Shown here piece after piece: positions 12,066 through 21,472 of a stretch of 64,000 nt of DNA. Position 1 is the first letter of the stretch. The number at the start of each line of letters is the position of its first letter. Location of the stretch: positions 96,001 through 160,000 of the forward strand of contig CAWHAA010000001.1 in NCBI GenBank assembly GCA_963827275.1. Direction: 5' to 3'. Origin of the DNA: an uncultured Spirochaetota bacterium. GTDB lineage: Bacteria > Spirochaetota > UBA4802 > UBA5550. The position numbers and the translations under genes were made by a program. The notes below the pieces were generated by a model. That model was not told the origin of the DNA and did not search any database. It was given only the letters and a program-made list of their open reading frames with translations.

Positions 12066-15000
12066 ATGATACTTAGACCACTATGCGACATATTCCGGCA
12101 GACGGAGGAATTCGCTGCGCTCCGCACGGCCCTGAAAGACAGGGGGGCCGATGACGCCCCGGTGCTGATAGAAGGCATCGCGCCGTCTTCGTTCCCGCTG
12201 ATCGCCGCGTCCGCGTTCAACGACGACCCGCGGCAGACGATCGTCATCGCCGAAAACTACCAGAAGATGCACGATATGCACCTTGACCTGAGCGCGCTGG
12301 TTGACGAGCGCCTGCTGAACCTGTTCCCGCCCTGGGAGACCCTCCCCTACGAGTTCGTCTCCCCTCCCGAAACAACCGAGCGCGAGCGGATCACCGCACT
12401 CTACCGCATCATCAGGGGCGGGCCGGCGCTGGTGGTCACCACGGTAGAGGCCCTGATCAGGAAGGTGCCCCGCCGCGAATTCTTCGAAAAGAAAGGCGTG
12501 CTCCTCGAGGCGGGGGACGAGTACCCGTTCGATGACATCGTCGCGATGCTTGCCGCCTACGGCTACTCCCGGGAAAAGCGCGTGGAATCGTTCGGGCATT
12601 TCGCGGTCAAGGGGGGGATCATCGACATCTTCCCGCCCTCCCACGACGCGCCCCTGCGCCTCGATTTTTTCGGCGACAGGCTGGACTCGGTCAGGGAATT
12701 CAACCTTGAGAGCCAGGTCTCCAGTAAAAGCCTCCCCTCGGTCACCATCTACCCGCGGAAGGAGCTGGTGCTGTTCGGCACGGACCGGGAAAAGCTGTAC
12801 GCCATATTCAGGGAGGCGCGCGATAACGGGCTTGACCTGCCCGAAAGCATACTCGAGCAGATCGACGGCGGATCGCTGACGGACGCAACCGGCATGGAGG
12901 ACCTCTTCCCGATGGTCATGCCCGGCGACACGGTCCTCTCCTATCTGAGCGACGACGCGCGCATTATTCTGCTCGAGCCGGCCGAGCTCACCGCCCGCAG
13001 GAACCAGCTTGAAAAAACATTCCACGAGATGTACCGGAAAAAACACGCCGCCACCCTCTGCCTCCCGCCGGAGGAGCTCATCGACCCCGCCGCGCTCGAC
13101 GCGGCGCGCCGGCGGGCGATCTGCCTCCAGACCTTCACCGCCTCGCAGAACTCCCTGAAATGGCAGATGCGGAGCATCCCCAGCTTCCACGGCAGGATAA
13201 AGCAGGTCCGCGAGGAGGTCTCCCGGAGGATCGACGAGGGCTGGAAGGTGGTGGTCACCACGGGGTTCGAGGGACAGGCGCGCCGCCTCTCGGACCTCCT
13301 CTCGGAGTTCAACCCCGACAGCCGCTTCGAGGAATTCACCGACACCCCGGTGAACATACTCCTCTCCCCTTTGAAAGAGGGGATCGAAGTCGTCGCGGCG
13401 AAGCTGCTCGTCATATCCGACCACGAGATATTCGGGAAGAGCTACCGGAAGAAAAGGGAATTCAAGAAAAAGACCTCCCGCCCCATCGATTCGTTCCTCG
13501 ACCTGAAGCCCGGCGATTACGTGGTGCACATCAACCACGGCATCGGCATATTCAGGAAGATCGAGCGCATGACGGCCGGCGGCGTGGAGCGGGACTTCCT
13601 CCTCATCGAATATGCCGACGGGGACAAGCTCTACGTGTCCCTGGACCAGATCACCATGGTGCAGAAATACATCGGCCTCGAGGGAAGGAAGCCGCGCATC
13701 GACAACCTGGGGAAAAAATCCGCGTGGAACAGGATCAAGGAGAAGGTCAAGAAGTCGGTCGAGGAGATCGCGGCCGAGCTCATCAGGATATACTCGGCGC
13801 GGCGCGCGCTCAAGGGCTTCCAGTACCCGCCGGACACGCTCTGGCAGGAGGAGTTCGAGTCGCTCTTCGAGTACGAGGAGACGCCGGACCAGATCACCGC
13901 CATCGAGGACGTGAAGGACGACATGGAAAGCCCGCGCCCCATGGACCGGCTCATCTGCGGCGACGTGGGGTTCGGCAAGACCGAGGTGGCGATACGGGCC
14001 TCCTTCAAGGCGGTCATGGCCGGCAGGCAGGTGGCCGTGCTGGTGCCGACCACCGTGCTCGCGATGCAGCACTTCACCACCTTCACCCGGCGCTTCGCGA
14101 GCTACCCGATCGAGATCGAGATGGTATCGCGCTTCCGCACGCAGGCCGAGATCGCCCGGATCAAGGCCCGCCTCAAGGAGGGCGAGATCGACATCATCAT
14201 CGGCACGCACGCCCTCGTGGCCAAGGACGTGCTCGTCAAGAACCTGGGGCTCCTGATCATCGACGAGGAGCAGCGCTTCGGGGTGCGGCACAAGGAGCAG
14301 CTGAAGAAATTCCGCGAGCTGGTGGACGTCCTGACCCTGTCGGCGACGCCGATCCCGCGCACCCTCCACATGGCCATGGCGGGCATCCGGGACCTGTCGA
14401 TCATCCTCACCCCGCCGGAGAACCGGCAGTCAATCGAGACCTATGTGCTCGAGGAAAATCCGGACATCCTCAGGATGGCGATCATCAACGAGATCGAGCG
14501 CAGCGGGCAGGTCTTCTACGTGCACAACCGGGTGCAGACCATCGAGGAGCACGCCGCGATGCTGCGCGAGCTGGTGCCGGAAGCCACCTGCGCGGTCGCC
14601 CACGGCCAGATGAACGAGCATGAGCTGGAGGACGTCATGATCGATTTCCTGAACCGGAAATTCGACGTCCTGGTCAGCACCACCATCATCGAGTCCGGCC
14701 TGGACATGCCCAACGTGAACACCATCATCATCAACCGTGCCGACGCCTTCGGCCTCTCGCAGCTCTACCAGCTCAAGGGCCGCGTGGGCAGGTCGATGCG
14801 GAAGGCCTACGCCTATCTCTTTTACCCCAAGCACCGCGTCCTCACCGAGGAGGCGATGAAGCGCCTCCGCGTCATCGCGGAATATTCCGAGCTGGGGAGC
14901 GGCTTCAAGATCGCCATGAAGGACCTGGAGATCCGGGGCGCCGGCAACATCCTGGGGCTGGAACAGTCGGGCAACATCTTCGAGGTCGGCTTCGAGCTGT

Positions 15001-15497
15001 ACCTGCAGATGCTCGATGAATCGATACGCCACCTGAAGGGCGAGCCGGTCGCCGTCATGTTCCGCACTCCGCTGTTTTTAAAAACGGACTTTTACATCCC
15101 CGACGCCTACATCGCAGACGAAAAGCAGAAGATCGAATTTTACAAGAGGTTCGAATCGTGCGAGTCGCTCGAGGAAGTGGCGCAGGTCGAGAAGGAGATG
15201 ACCGACCGCTTCGGCCCCTGCCCCGACGAAGTGAGGGTCCTGATCGAGATCGAGCAGATACGGGCGATGGCGTCGCTCCTGGCGATCGACGAGATCCTGG
15301 AGGACTCGCGGTCGATACGGATCAGGATATCCGGCTCGTCGAAGGTGGATGTGAACGGCCTCGTCAGGCAGATGGCCGCGGACAGGCGGCTCAGCATAGA
15401 TCCCGGCGACCATGAAACGCTGATTTACGTGCCGGAATCGATGGATGCCAAAAAAAAGGTGCCGGGCCTCAAAAAATTGTTGCAACAATTGATGTGA
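12066..15497 (+). CDS. mfd: Transcription-repair coupling factor
   Basis: UvrB-like N-terminus, CarD/RID (GDYVVHINHGIG), DRLICGDVGFGKTEVA, DEEQRFGV, LSATPIPRTL, QLYQLKGRVGRS, TRCF C-terminus. Confidence 0.98.
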   Translation: MILRPLCDIFRQTEEFAALRTALKDRGADDAPVLIEGIAPSSFPLIAASAFNDDPRQTIVIAENYQKMHDMHLDLSALVDERLLNLFPPWETLPYEFVSPPETTERERITALYRIIRGGPALVVTTVEALIRKVPRREFFEKKGVLLEAGDEYPFDDIVAMLAAYGYSREKRVESFGHFAVKGGIIDIFPPSHDAPLRLDFFGDRLDSVREFNLESQVSSKSLPSVTIYPRKELVLFGTDREKLYAIFREARDNGLDLPESILEQIDGGSLTDATGMEDLFPMVMPGDTVLSYLSDDARIILLEPAELTARRNQLEKTFHEMYRKKHAATLCLPPEELIDPAALDAARRRAICLQTFTASQNSLKWQMRSIPSFHGRIKQVREEVSRRIDEGWKVVVTTGFEGQARRLSDLLSEFNPDSRFEEFTDTPVNILLSPLKEGIEVVAAKLLVISDHEIFGKSYRKKREFKKKTSRPIDSFLDLKPGDYVVHINHGIGIFRKIERMTAGGVERDFLLIEYADGDKLYVSLDQITMVQKYIGLEGRKPRIDNLGKKSAWNRIKEKVKKSVEEIAAELIRIYSARRALKGFQYPPDTLWQEEFESLFEYEETPDQITAIEDVKDDMESPRPMDRLICGDVGFGKTEVAIRASFKAVMAGRQVAVLVPTTVLAMQHFTTFTRRFASYPIEIEMVSRFRTQAEIARIKARLKEGEIDIIIGTHALVAKDVLVKNLGLLIIDEEQRFGVRHKEQLKKFRELVDVLTLSATPIPRTLHMAMAGIRDLSIILTPPENRQSIETYVLEENPDILRMAIINEIERSGQVFYVHNRVQTIEEHAAMLRELVPEATCAVAHGQMNEHELEDVMIDFLNRKFDVLVSTTIIESGLDMPNVNTIIINRADAFGLSQLYQLKGRVGRSMRKAYAYLFYPKHRVLTEEAMKRLRVIAEYSELGSGFKIAMKDLEIRGAGNILGLEQSGNIFEVGFELYLQMLDESIRHLKGEPVAVMFRTPLFLKTDFYIPDAYIADEKQKIEFYKRFESCESLEEVAQVEKEMTDRFGPCPDEVRVLIEIEQIRAMASLLAIDEILEDSRSIRIRISGSSKVDVNGLVRQMAADRRLSIDPGDHETLIYVPESMDAKKKVPGLKKLLQQLM

Positions 15498-15599
15498 TCG
15501 GTAATTTCTGCATCCTGTACAGGATTGTTCCGGCGTTGCCGTCAAATGACCACCGGACGCCGGGTTCCCCAATAAATTTCACGAACAAGGACCACTCCA

Positions 15600-16274
15600 A
15601 TGAAAAAATCTACCCTTGCGTTTGTCGCCATCTGCGCAATCGCCGCATCCCTGCTTACCTCCTGCAAAAAAGAGGGGGACGAGCTCGCTGTCAAGATAGA
15701 CAATGAAAAGATAACCATCAATGAATTCAACAACTACTACTACCTCTTCGCCAAGATGATGCTGAACATGGACAAGAAGGACGTGGACAAGATGGCGGCA
15801 AACCCTGAAATTGAAAACCATCCCACGCTCAATCTTTTGAACAAGAACAAGTTCATGGACTTCTTTGTGAGCAGGAAGCTCCTGTACATCAAGGCGTCGC
15901 AGGACGACTCGATAAACAAGGAAGAGATGGAAACGGTAGCGGAGCTTGCCAAGCTGCAGTTCGTATCGTCATACTACCTGAGCCAGAAGCTCAAGGACGA
16001 GATCAAGGTGACCGATGAGGATGTCAATGCGTTCTATGCCAGAAACAAGGACAAGCTCAAGGGCGTGCCGATGAACGACGAGGCGGTCAACTGGATGAAG
16101 CAGCAGGTATTCATGGAGAAGCTCGAGATGAAGTCGAACCAGTTCATTCTTGAGATCCTGGGAGAGATAAAGGTGAACAGGGAAGGCTTTAAAAAATACA
16201 TGAGCAAATCATCGAAAGAAAGCGCGGCCGCGGAACAGAAAGAAGAAGCGGCTGAAACTGAAAAAAAGAAATAA
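15600..16274 (+). CDS. Lipoprotein, LipL31/SurA-N-like
   Basis: Lipobox SLLTS-C, KIDNEKITINEF and KIKVTDEDV-type motifs; position after mfd matches recalled Leptospira lipL31 synteny. Confidence 0.6.
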   Translation: MKKSTLAFVAICAIAASLLTSCKKEGDELAVKIDNEKITINEFNNYYYLFAKMMLNMDKKDVDKMAANPEIENHPTLNLLNKNKFMDFFVSRKLLYIKASQDDSINKEEMETVAELAKLQFVSSYYLSQKLKDEIKVTDEDVNAFYARNKDKLKGVPMNDEAVNWMKQQVFMEKLEMKSNQFILEILGEIKVNREGFKKYMSKSSKESAAAEQKEEAAETEKKK

Positions 16275-16297
16275 TCAGGGAGGGAATGCCTGTTTTT

Positions 16298-16321
16298 TGA
16301 AACAAATGCGCATTTGTTTCA
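16298..16321. promoter_or_regulatory. Perfect 24-bp palindrome, candidate operator
   Basis: TGAAACAAATGC|GCATTTGTTTCA, intergenic, 50 bp upstream of a lipoprotein gene. Confidence 0.45.
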
Positions 16322-16370
16322 TCTAATTATATGATTGTATAATTAAATAAACCAGGCTATTCCATAATTA

Positions 16371-16985
16371 ATGAAACTTTCGAAAATAGCACTCTTATTG
16401 CTTGTTGCAGCGACGTTACTGGCACCGGGCTGCAGCGAAAATGACGACGACAACTTTTTCGCCGGGTATTCCAACCCTGGTGAATTCCGGCCGAAGGGCG
16501 TGGCCCCCGAAAAGGCATATACGTTTGCCAGCCTGGATGATTGCGCGGGCACGGCGTGCCAGGCGATATATTGCATCTGGTACGCGGGAGATCTTACCAG
16601 CACCTATATACCCACCGAGGGCGTCGCTGTTGAATACCAGGGCGCTTCAAACAGGTACCGGCTCATCCTGTCCCGGGTGCCGGGTACGCCATGGCAGATC
16701 ACCCTGGTCCAGAACGGCATACTCTACTCATACTATGGGACCGACATTCCCAACATAACCCTCACGGAACTGACAAGCGCGGTGGAAACACTGCCCGCCT
16801 ACACCTATGATCCGGACGGCACCCCCGCCAATGGAGACGAGGTGGTCTATGAGGCTTCCGGCATATTCCTGAAGCTTGTCCGGGTCGATTTTGCATCCAA
16901 TATAGTGCTGGAAACCGCGGACCGGTTGCAGAGCGTCACCATATCGGCGGGTGATTCCATTATCGCCCAGCATCATGGAATATAG
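16371..16985 (+). CDS. Hypothetical lipoprotein
   Basis: Signal peptide with lipobox LLAPG-C. Confidence 0.7.
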   Translation: MKLSKIALLLLVAATLLAPGCSENDDDNFFAGYSNPGEFRPKGVAPEKAYTFASLDDCAGTACQAIYCIWYAGDLTSTYIPTEGVAVEYQGASNRYRLILSRVPGTPWQITLVQNGILYSYYGTDIPNITLTELTSAVETLPAYTYDPDGTPANGDEVVYEASGIFLKLVRVDFASNIVLETADRLQSVTISAGDSIIAQHHGI

Positions 16986-17016
16986 GAACAATTTCCCTTC
17001 ACCCCTTTTCGCGGCC

Positions 17017-17643
17017 ATGAGGACAACCGCACTGGCCTGCCTTGCAGTAATGCTGATTGCCTCATCCGGGCCTTCACTTTCAGCAAAGATCTACACGCGC
17101 ATCAATACAGACGGGTCGATAGATTACTACAACAAAAACGTGAGCGCGCGGCAGCGGCCCCGGGGCGCCGCCCGCGGCATATCCAGCAAGTACGACTCAA
17201 TGATAGAGACGATCGCGGAAAAGCACGGCGTGGACCCGAAGCTCGTCAAGTGCATCATCCGGGTGGAGTCTGACTTTAATCCGGAGGCCGTATCGCCGGC
17301 GGGCGCCATGGGGCTCATGCAGCTGATGAAGGAGACCGCCGACTATTACTCCCTGCGCGACCCCTTCGACCCCGCTGCGAACGTCGATGCCGGCATCCGC
17401 CACCTCAGGTCGCTGCTCTCTTATTTCAACAATGACGTCCCCCTGTCGCTGGCGGCCTACCATGCCGGCATCGGGAGGGTCAAAAAAAGGATGTCCCTCC
17501 CGCCCATCCAGGCGACAATCGATTACGTGAACGTCATCATGCAGCTCTATACCGGTGAAACTAAGAGTTACTCCGAAACAGCGGTCAGGAGGCTGTACCG
17601 GAGGGTGGAGCAGGACGGCACGATCGTGATTTACAGCAAGTAA
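17017..17643 (+). CDS. Lytic transglycosylase (SLT domain)
   Basis: IIRVESDFNPEAVSPAGAMGLMQLM and LAAYHAG motifs; N-terminal signal peptide. Confidence 0.92.
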   Translation: MRTTALACLAVMLIASSGPSLSAKIYTRINTDGSIDYYNKNVSARQRPRGAARGISSKYDSMIETIAEKHGVDPKLVKCIIRVESDFNPEAVSPAGAMGLMQLMKETADYYSLRDPFDPAANVDAGIRHLRSLLSYFNNDVPLSLAAYHAGIGRVKKRMSLPPIQATIDYVNVIMQLYTGETKSYSETAVRRLYRRVEQDGTIVIYSK

Positions 17644-17645
17644 TA

Positions 17646-18656
17646 TTATTTCACGAACGTCTGCCCGCCCCGCAGGTTGATGGTCCCGTTGTCGTCCAGC
17701 GACCTCATGATTGAAACGATCTTCGCCCTGCAGTCCTCCACCTCGGAGAGCCTGACGACGCCCATCGCATCGATGTCCGAGAGGATATCGGTGGCCCTGT
17801 TCTGGCTCATATTCCGCAAAAACTTGAAGCGTATCTCGTCAGTGGCGCCCTTGAGCGATTTTGCGAGGAGATGGTCGTCGCTTATGGTGTCGATGAGTAT
17901 GCGCACTTCCTGGTTGGTGAGGTTCTCGACATTTTCGAAGGTGAATATCTTTTCGCTGATCTGCCGGGACACGTTGGGCAGCGCGATCTCGAGGTCCTTC
18001 ATGATTGTCCGCTCTTCGTCCGCCGGCATGTGCTGGAGGATGCCGATGAGCGCGTCCAGGCCGCCGGCCGACAGGCCCTGGTTCTTGCTGCGGTACTCCT
18101 GGTATCTCTTCCTGATTGTCCGGACGATGCCCGCCACGGCCTCCGGCATCACCCGGTCCATTTTTGCCACGCGCACCGCGACGTCCTTGGCCTTGCCGCG
18201 CTCCAGCGATTTCATTATCGCCGCGGACTTCTCGGGCGCGAGAAACGACATGGCGACCGCGATCGTCTGCGGGTGCTCGTCTTTCAGAAACGAAACGAGG
18301 GCCTCGTCCTCGATCTCGTTCAGGGACGCGAACTCCTTGTCCACGTCGATATTGACGAACTTCGAGAGTATCTTTTCCGCCTTTTCATCGCCGAATGTCT
18401 TTGTCAATATCTGCCGCGCGGTGCCCTCGCCGCCCCTCAGCCGCCGTTTCTCCTTTTTCAGATCGATGAGGAACTGGCCGATCAGCTCTTCGCGCTCCCG
18501 GGGAGAGAGCCGGTCGATCTTCGCGATCTCGCGGGTGAGGACATCGATGCTCTCCTCGTCAAGGTGCTTCATGATGTCCGCCGCGACCCTGGGGCCGAGC
18601 GATACCATCAGCGCCGCAGCGCGCTCAACGCCGCTCAGGTCAAATACATCTTTCAT
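17646..18656 (-). CDS. fliG: Flagellar motor switch protein FliG (paralog)
   Basis: LSGVERAAALMVSLG, EHPQTIA, IFTFE, NMSQNRA, VRLSEVE motifs. Confidence 0.92.
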   Translation of the reverse strand: MKDVFDLSGVERAAALMVSLGPRVAADIMKHLDEESIDVLTREIAKIDRLSPREREELIGQFLIDLKKEKRRLRGGEGTARQILTKTFGDEKAEKILSKFVNIDVDKEFASLNEIEDEALVSFLKDEHPQTIAVAMSFLAPEKSAAIMKSLERGKAKDVAVRVAKMDRVMPEAVAGIVRTIRKRYQEYRSKNQGLSAGGLDALIGILQHMPADEERTIMKDLEIALPNVSRQISEKIFTFENVENLTNQEVRILIDTISDDHLLAKSLKGATDEIRFKFLRNMSQNRATDILSDIDAMGVVRLSEVEDCRAKIVSIMRSLDDNGTINLRGGQTFVK

Positions 18657-19580
18657 GGGGCTTCCTGCTCCGGTTCATCCGCCGCGTTGCGGCTTTTATT
18701 CAGCGACCCTTTGTATTTCTTCGAGCGCGCAAGGGGGTTGATGACCGGCACCGGGCACACCTCAACGCACCGGTAGCACTGTATGCAGCGGTCATAATTG
18801 ATGCGCGCAAGGAAATTATCGACCTTGATCGCCAGCTCGATGGCCGCCGGGTCTTCGTTCGGATATTTTTCGGCAAGCGCCCCGCGGCACGCCTTTTCGC
18901 ACAGCTTGCAGGCGATGCAGCCGACGGAGCAGCCCTGCTTCATCTCCCGGGGCGGGCTCCTCGTTATTGCACATCACGTAAATGTCATTCGGCTCAGGGG
19001 AGAGGATGATGATGCCGCGGGGACAGGCCTTGACGCAGAGGCCGCAGCCGGTGCAGAGCGCCAGGTCCACGTCCGGAAGCCCGTTCGCGTTCATGGTGAT
19101 GGCGCCGAAGGGACAGGCGCGCTCGCAGTCGCCGAAGCCGAGGCAGCCGTACCGGCAGGTCTTGTATCCGCCCATGACGCCGTCCGCCGCGGCGCAGTCA
19201 CGCGGCCCCTGGTAGGAAAAGCGCGCGGTCGTTTCCGCGATGCCCCCGCGGCAGCGCACCCGGGCCCTGACGAGGGCCATCGCGCCGGCGCCGGCGACCC
19301 CCATGATCGCCGCGATCTTCGCCACCGTATCATTCCCGCCCACCGGGCACAGGTCGATGGCGTATTTTTCCTCGACGATGCGCGTCGCATACGCCGAGCA
19401 CCCCGGCATGCCGCAGGCGGCGCAGTTGGCGCCCGGCAGCGCTTCCAGTACCTTCTCAACGCGCGGGTCCGACCTTACCCGGAGCTTCAGGAACGCGACG
19501 GACAGGAGCAGGCCGAACGCGACGGCAAGCGCCGCCAGTACGGCTATGGATGCGGGGGAGGGAATTATCGTTTCTATCAT
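18653..19580 (-). CDS. rnfB: RnfB-like Fe-S electron transport subunit (frameshift near 18950)
   Basis: N-terminal membrane anchor, LPGANCAACGMPGC, C.YGCLGFGDCERACPFGAI, CTGCGLCVKACP and further CxxCxxCxxxC motifs in 18653-18943. Confidence 0.85.
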
Positions 19581-19596
19581 TTTTTTCGCGCAATGG

Positions 19597-19754
19597 TGAC
19601 GGTAACAGCGATTTTCCGCTTAAGGAGACCGGAGCCGTCCCGTTGAGCCGGCGACAGCAACTCGCCGCTTCCGCCGGCTAAACATGATGCTTACAGAAGG
19701 CGGACGAGCGGGATGGCTCCCGGCACCAAGATTAAATCGCAGCGATGCCGTTCA
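19597..19754 (+). ncRNA. Candidate structured ncRNA (rod-like hairpin)
   Basis: Nested stems 19598-19604/19746-19752, 19608-19614/19734-19740, 19629-19644/19707-19723, 19646-19653/19672-19679; mismatches read as G-U pairs on the + strand. Confidence 0.3.
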
Positions 19755-19873
19755 GACGGGATAAGGATAATTAATGCTTGAAAAAAATCAATTATTTATT
19801 TGAAACTGTATAATAAACAACATCGTGTACCGATGATGAACTATGACATGCGTTTTGCGCGGAGACCGGGGTA

Positions 19874-20530
19874 ATGCCGACTAAAGACATCAACAGGACC
19901 TATCAGACCGAGATTCTGACAGCGCTTAAAAACCGCAGTGATCTCGTCTTCATCTCCTACTCCGGCCTTGAAGTCACCGAGGAAAAAATCAAGTTCGCAC
20001 TCGCGAAGATCCTGGAGCGCTTCAGGAAAGAAGAGCTGTTCACGCCCATCGTGTCGTGCATCAAGGAGCTTATCGCCAACGCCACGAAGGCAAACGCGAA
20101 AATGATCCTCATCAACGAGGGCAAGATAAAGTATTCCGATGACTCAGTCGAGGTGGTAAAGCAGATACGGAGCGTCCTGAACGAGGAAGCCCTGCTGGAA
20201 TACGGGATCAAGGCGAAAAAAAACAATCTCTCGACCAGGATATACCTCAAGCTGCACGGCAACAACCTTATCATCGAGGTGATCAACAACGTGCCCCTCT
20301 CGGAGAAGGAGCAGAAAAAGATCAGCGAGCGCATCGAGGTATCGTCCAAGTACGACAATATCGCCGAATTCTACATGGAGAACCCGGACCCCGAAGCGGA
20401 GGGAATGGGGCTCGGGCTGTCGATGGTCGTCATACTTTTAAAGAACATCAACATATCCCATAAAAATTTTATCGTTACGACCGACAGCATTTCCAAGACC
20501 TACGCGACGATCCTGATCCCCCTGGTTTAA
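19874..20530 (+). CDS. GHKL/HATPase-like protein (anti-sigma kinase-like)
   Basis: N-box KELIANATKAN and G-box EGMGLGL. Confidence 0.65.
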   Translation: MPTKDINRTYQTEILTALKNRSDLVFISYSGLEVTEEKIKFALAKILERFRKEELFTPIVSCIKELIANATKANAKMILINEGKIKYSDDSVEVVKQIRSVLNEEALLEYGIKAKKNNLSTRIYLKLHGNNLIIEVINNVPLSEKEQKKISERIEVSSKYDNIAEFYMENPDPEAEGMGLGLSMVVILLKNINISHKNFIVTTDSISKTYATILIPLV

Positions 20531-21456
20531 ACGATCCGGTAAAATTCGCCCCGCCCGAGCCTGTCAACGGTAATCACGCCGCTCCCTGTCATTTCTTTCA
20601 GTGTCGCGACAAGCTCCCCCCGGTCCACGCTGAGGGCGAGGAGGAGGTCGTCCACCGTAGAAGGCCTTCTGCGCAGTATTGACAGGACCGACTTCTCCAT
20701 GTTGACAACGCGCGCATCCCCGCGGTCCCTCGGCGCCGGTTTCCCGATGACCTCGGTCTCCAGCGGGCTGAAAAAATCCCTGATGGCGAGCAATTCAGCG
20801 CTGTCCAGGGGCCGCACCCAGTCCTCGGCGCCGGGGCGGTCAAGGCTGTTGATCTGCACCCTGTCCGGCCGGATCGCCATGCATGCCTCCCTGAGCCTGG
20901 CCAGCTCGTCGGCGCTGTCATTGATACCCGGGACAATGAATATCTCGAGGTAGATCGTGCCGCGGAATTCCTTCCTGAACGCGGCGAGGCCCGCCACGGT
21001 TTTTTCCGGGGTGATGCCGGGCGCCGGCCTGCAGATCCGGGCGAAGGCCTCGCTGCCGGCGGCGTCCAGCGACGGAACGACGATATCGGCTTCCGCGATC
21101 GATTTCCGCACTTCCGGGTCATTGAGCATCGTGCCGTTGGTGAGCACCGCGATCCTGTACTGCGGATAGCGCTCCTTGAGATGACGAATTATTTCGCCGA
21201 TGCCGGCGTGCAGGGTCGGCTCCCCCGAGCCGGAAAAGGTGACCGCGTCAAGGCGCGGCGACCCGCCAAGGTACGAGTCCAGCTCGGCGATCACCTCGCC
21301 GGTGGGAACGTACTCGGCGATACGGGAAGTGAGCGCCGTGGTGCTGCCGCATTCGCAGTAGACGCAGTTGAGCGAGCAGGTCTTGTGGGGGACCAGGTCC
21401 ACCCCCAGGGAAATCCCCAGGCGGCGCGAATTGACGGGACCGAAAAGATACTTCAT
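20527..21456 (-). CDS. Radical SAM protein
   Basis: FGPVNSRRLGISLG, CSLNCVYC (CxxxCxxC), GSGEPTLH. Confidence 0.9.
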   Translation of the reverse strand: MKYLFGPVNSRRLGISLGVDLVPHKTCSLNCVYCECGSTTALTSRIAEYVPTGEVIAELDSYLGGSPRLDAVTFSGSGEPTLHAGIGEIIRHLKERYPQYRIAVLTNGTMLNDPEVRKSIAEADIVVPSLDAAGSEAFARICRPAPGITPEKTVAGLAAFRKEFRGTIYLEIFIVPGINDSADELARLREACMAIRPDRVQINSLDRPGAEDWVRPLDSAELLAIRDFFSPLETEVIGKPAPRDRGDARVVNMEKSVLSILRRRPSTVDDLLLALSVDRGELVATLKEMTGSGVITVDRLGRGEFYRIV

Positions 21457-21472
21457 ACGGCCGCCCCGGGCA

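Noticed and set aside
12081..14623. Long alternative ORFs over mfd (762 aa antisense, 487 aa shifted) and similar shadows elsewhere
   Set aside because: Typical stop-poor shadow frames of high-GC3 genes, with Arg/Gly/Pro-rich or antisense-pattern composition.
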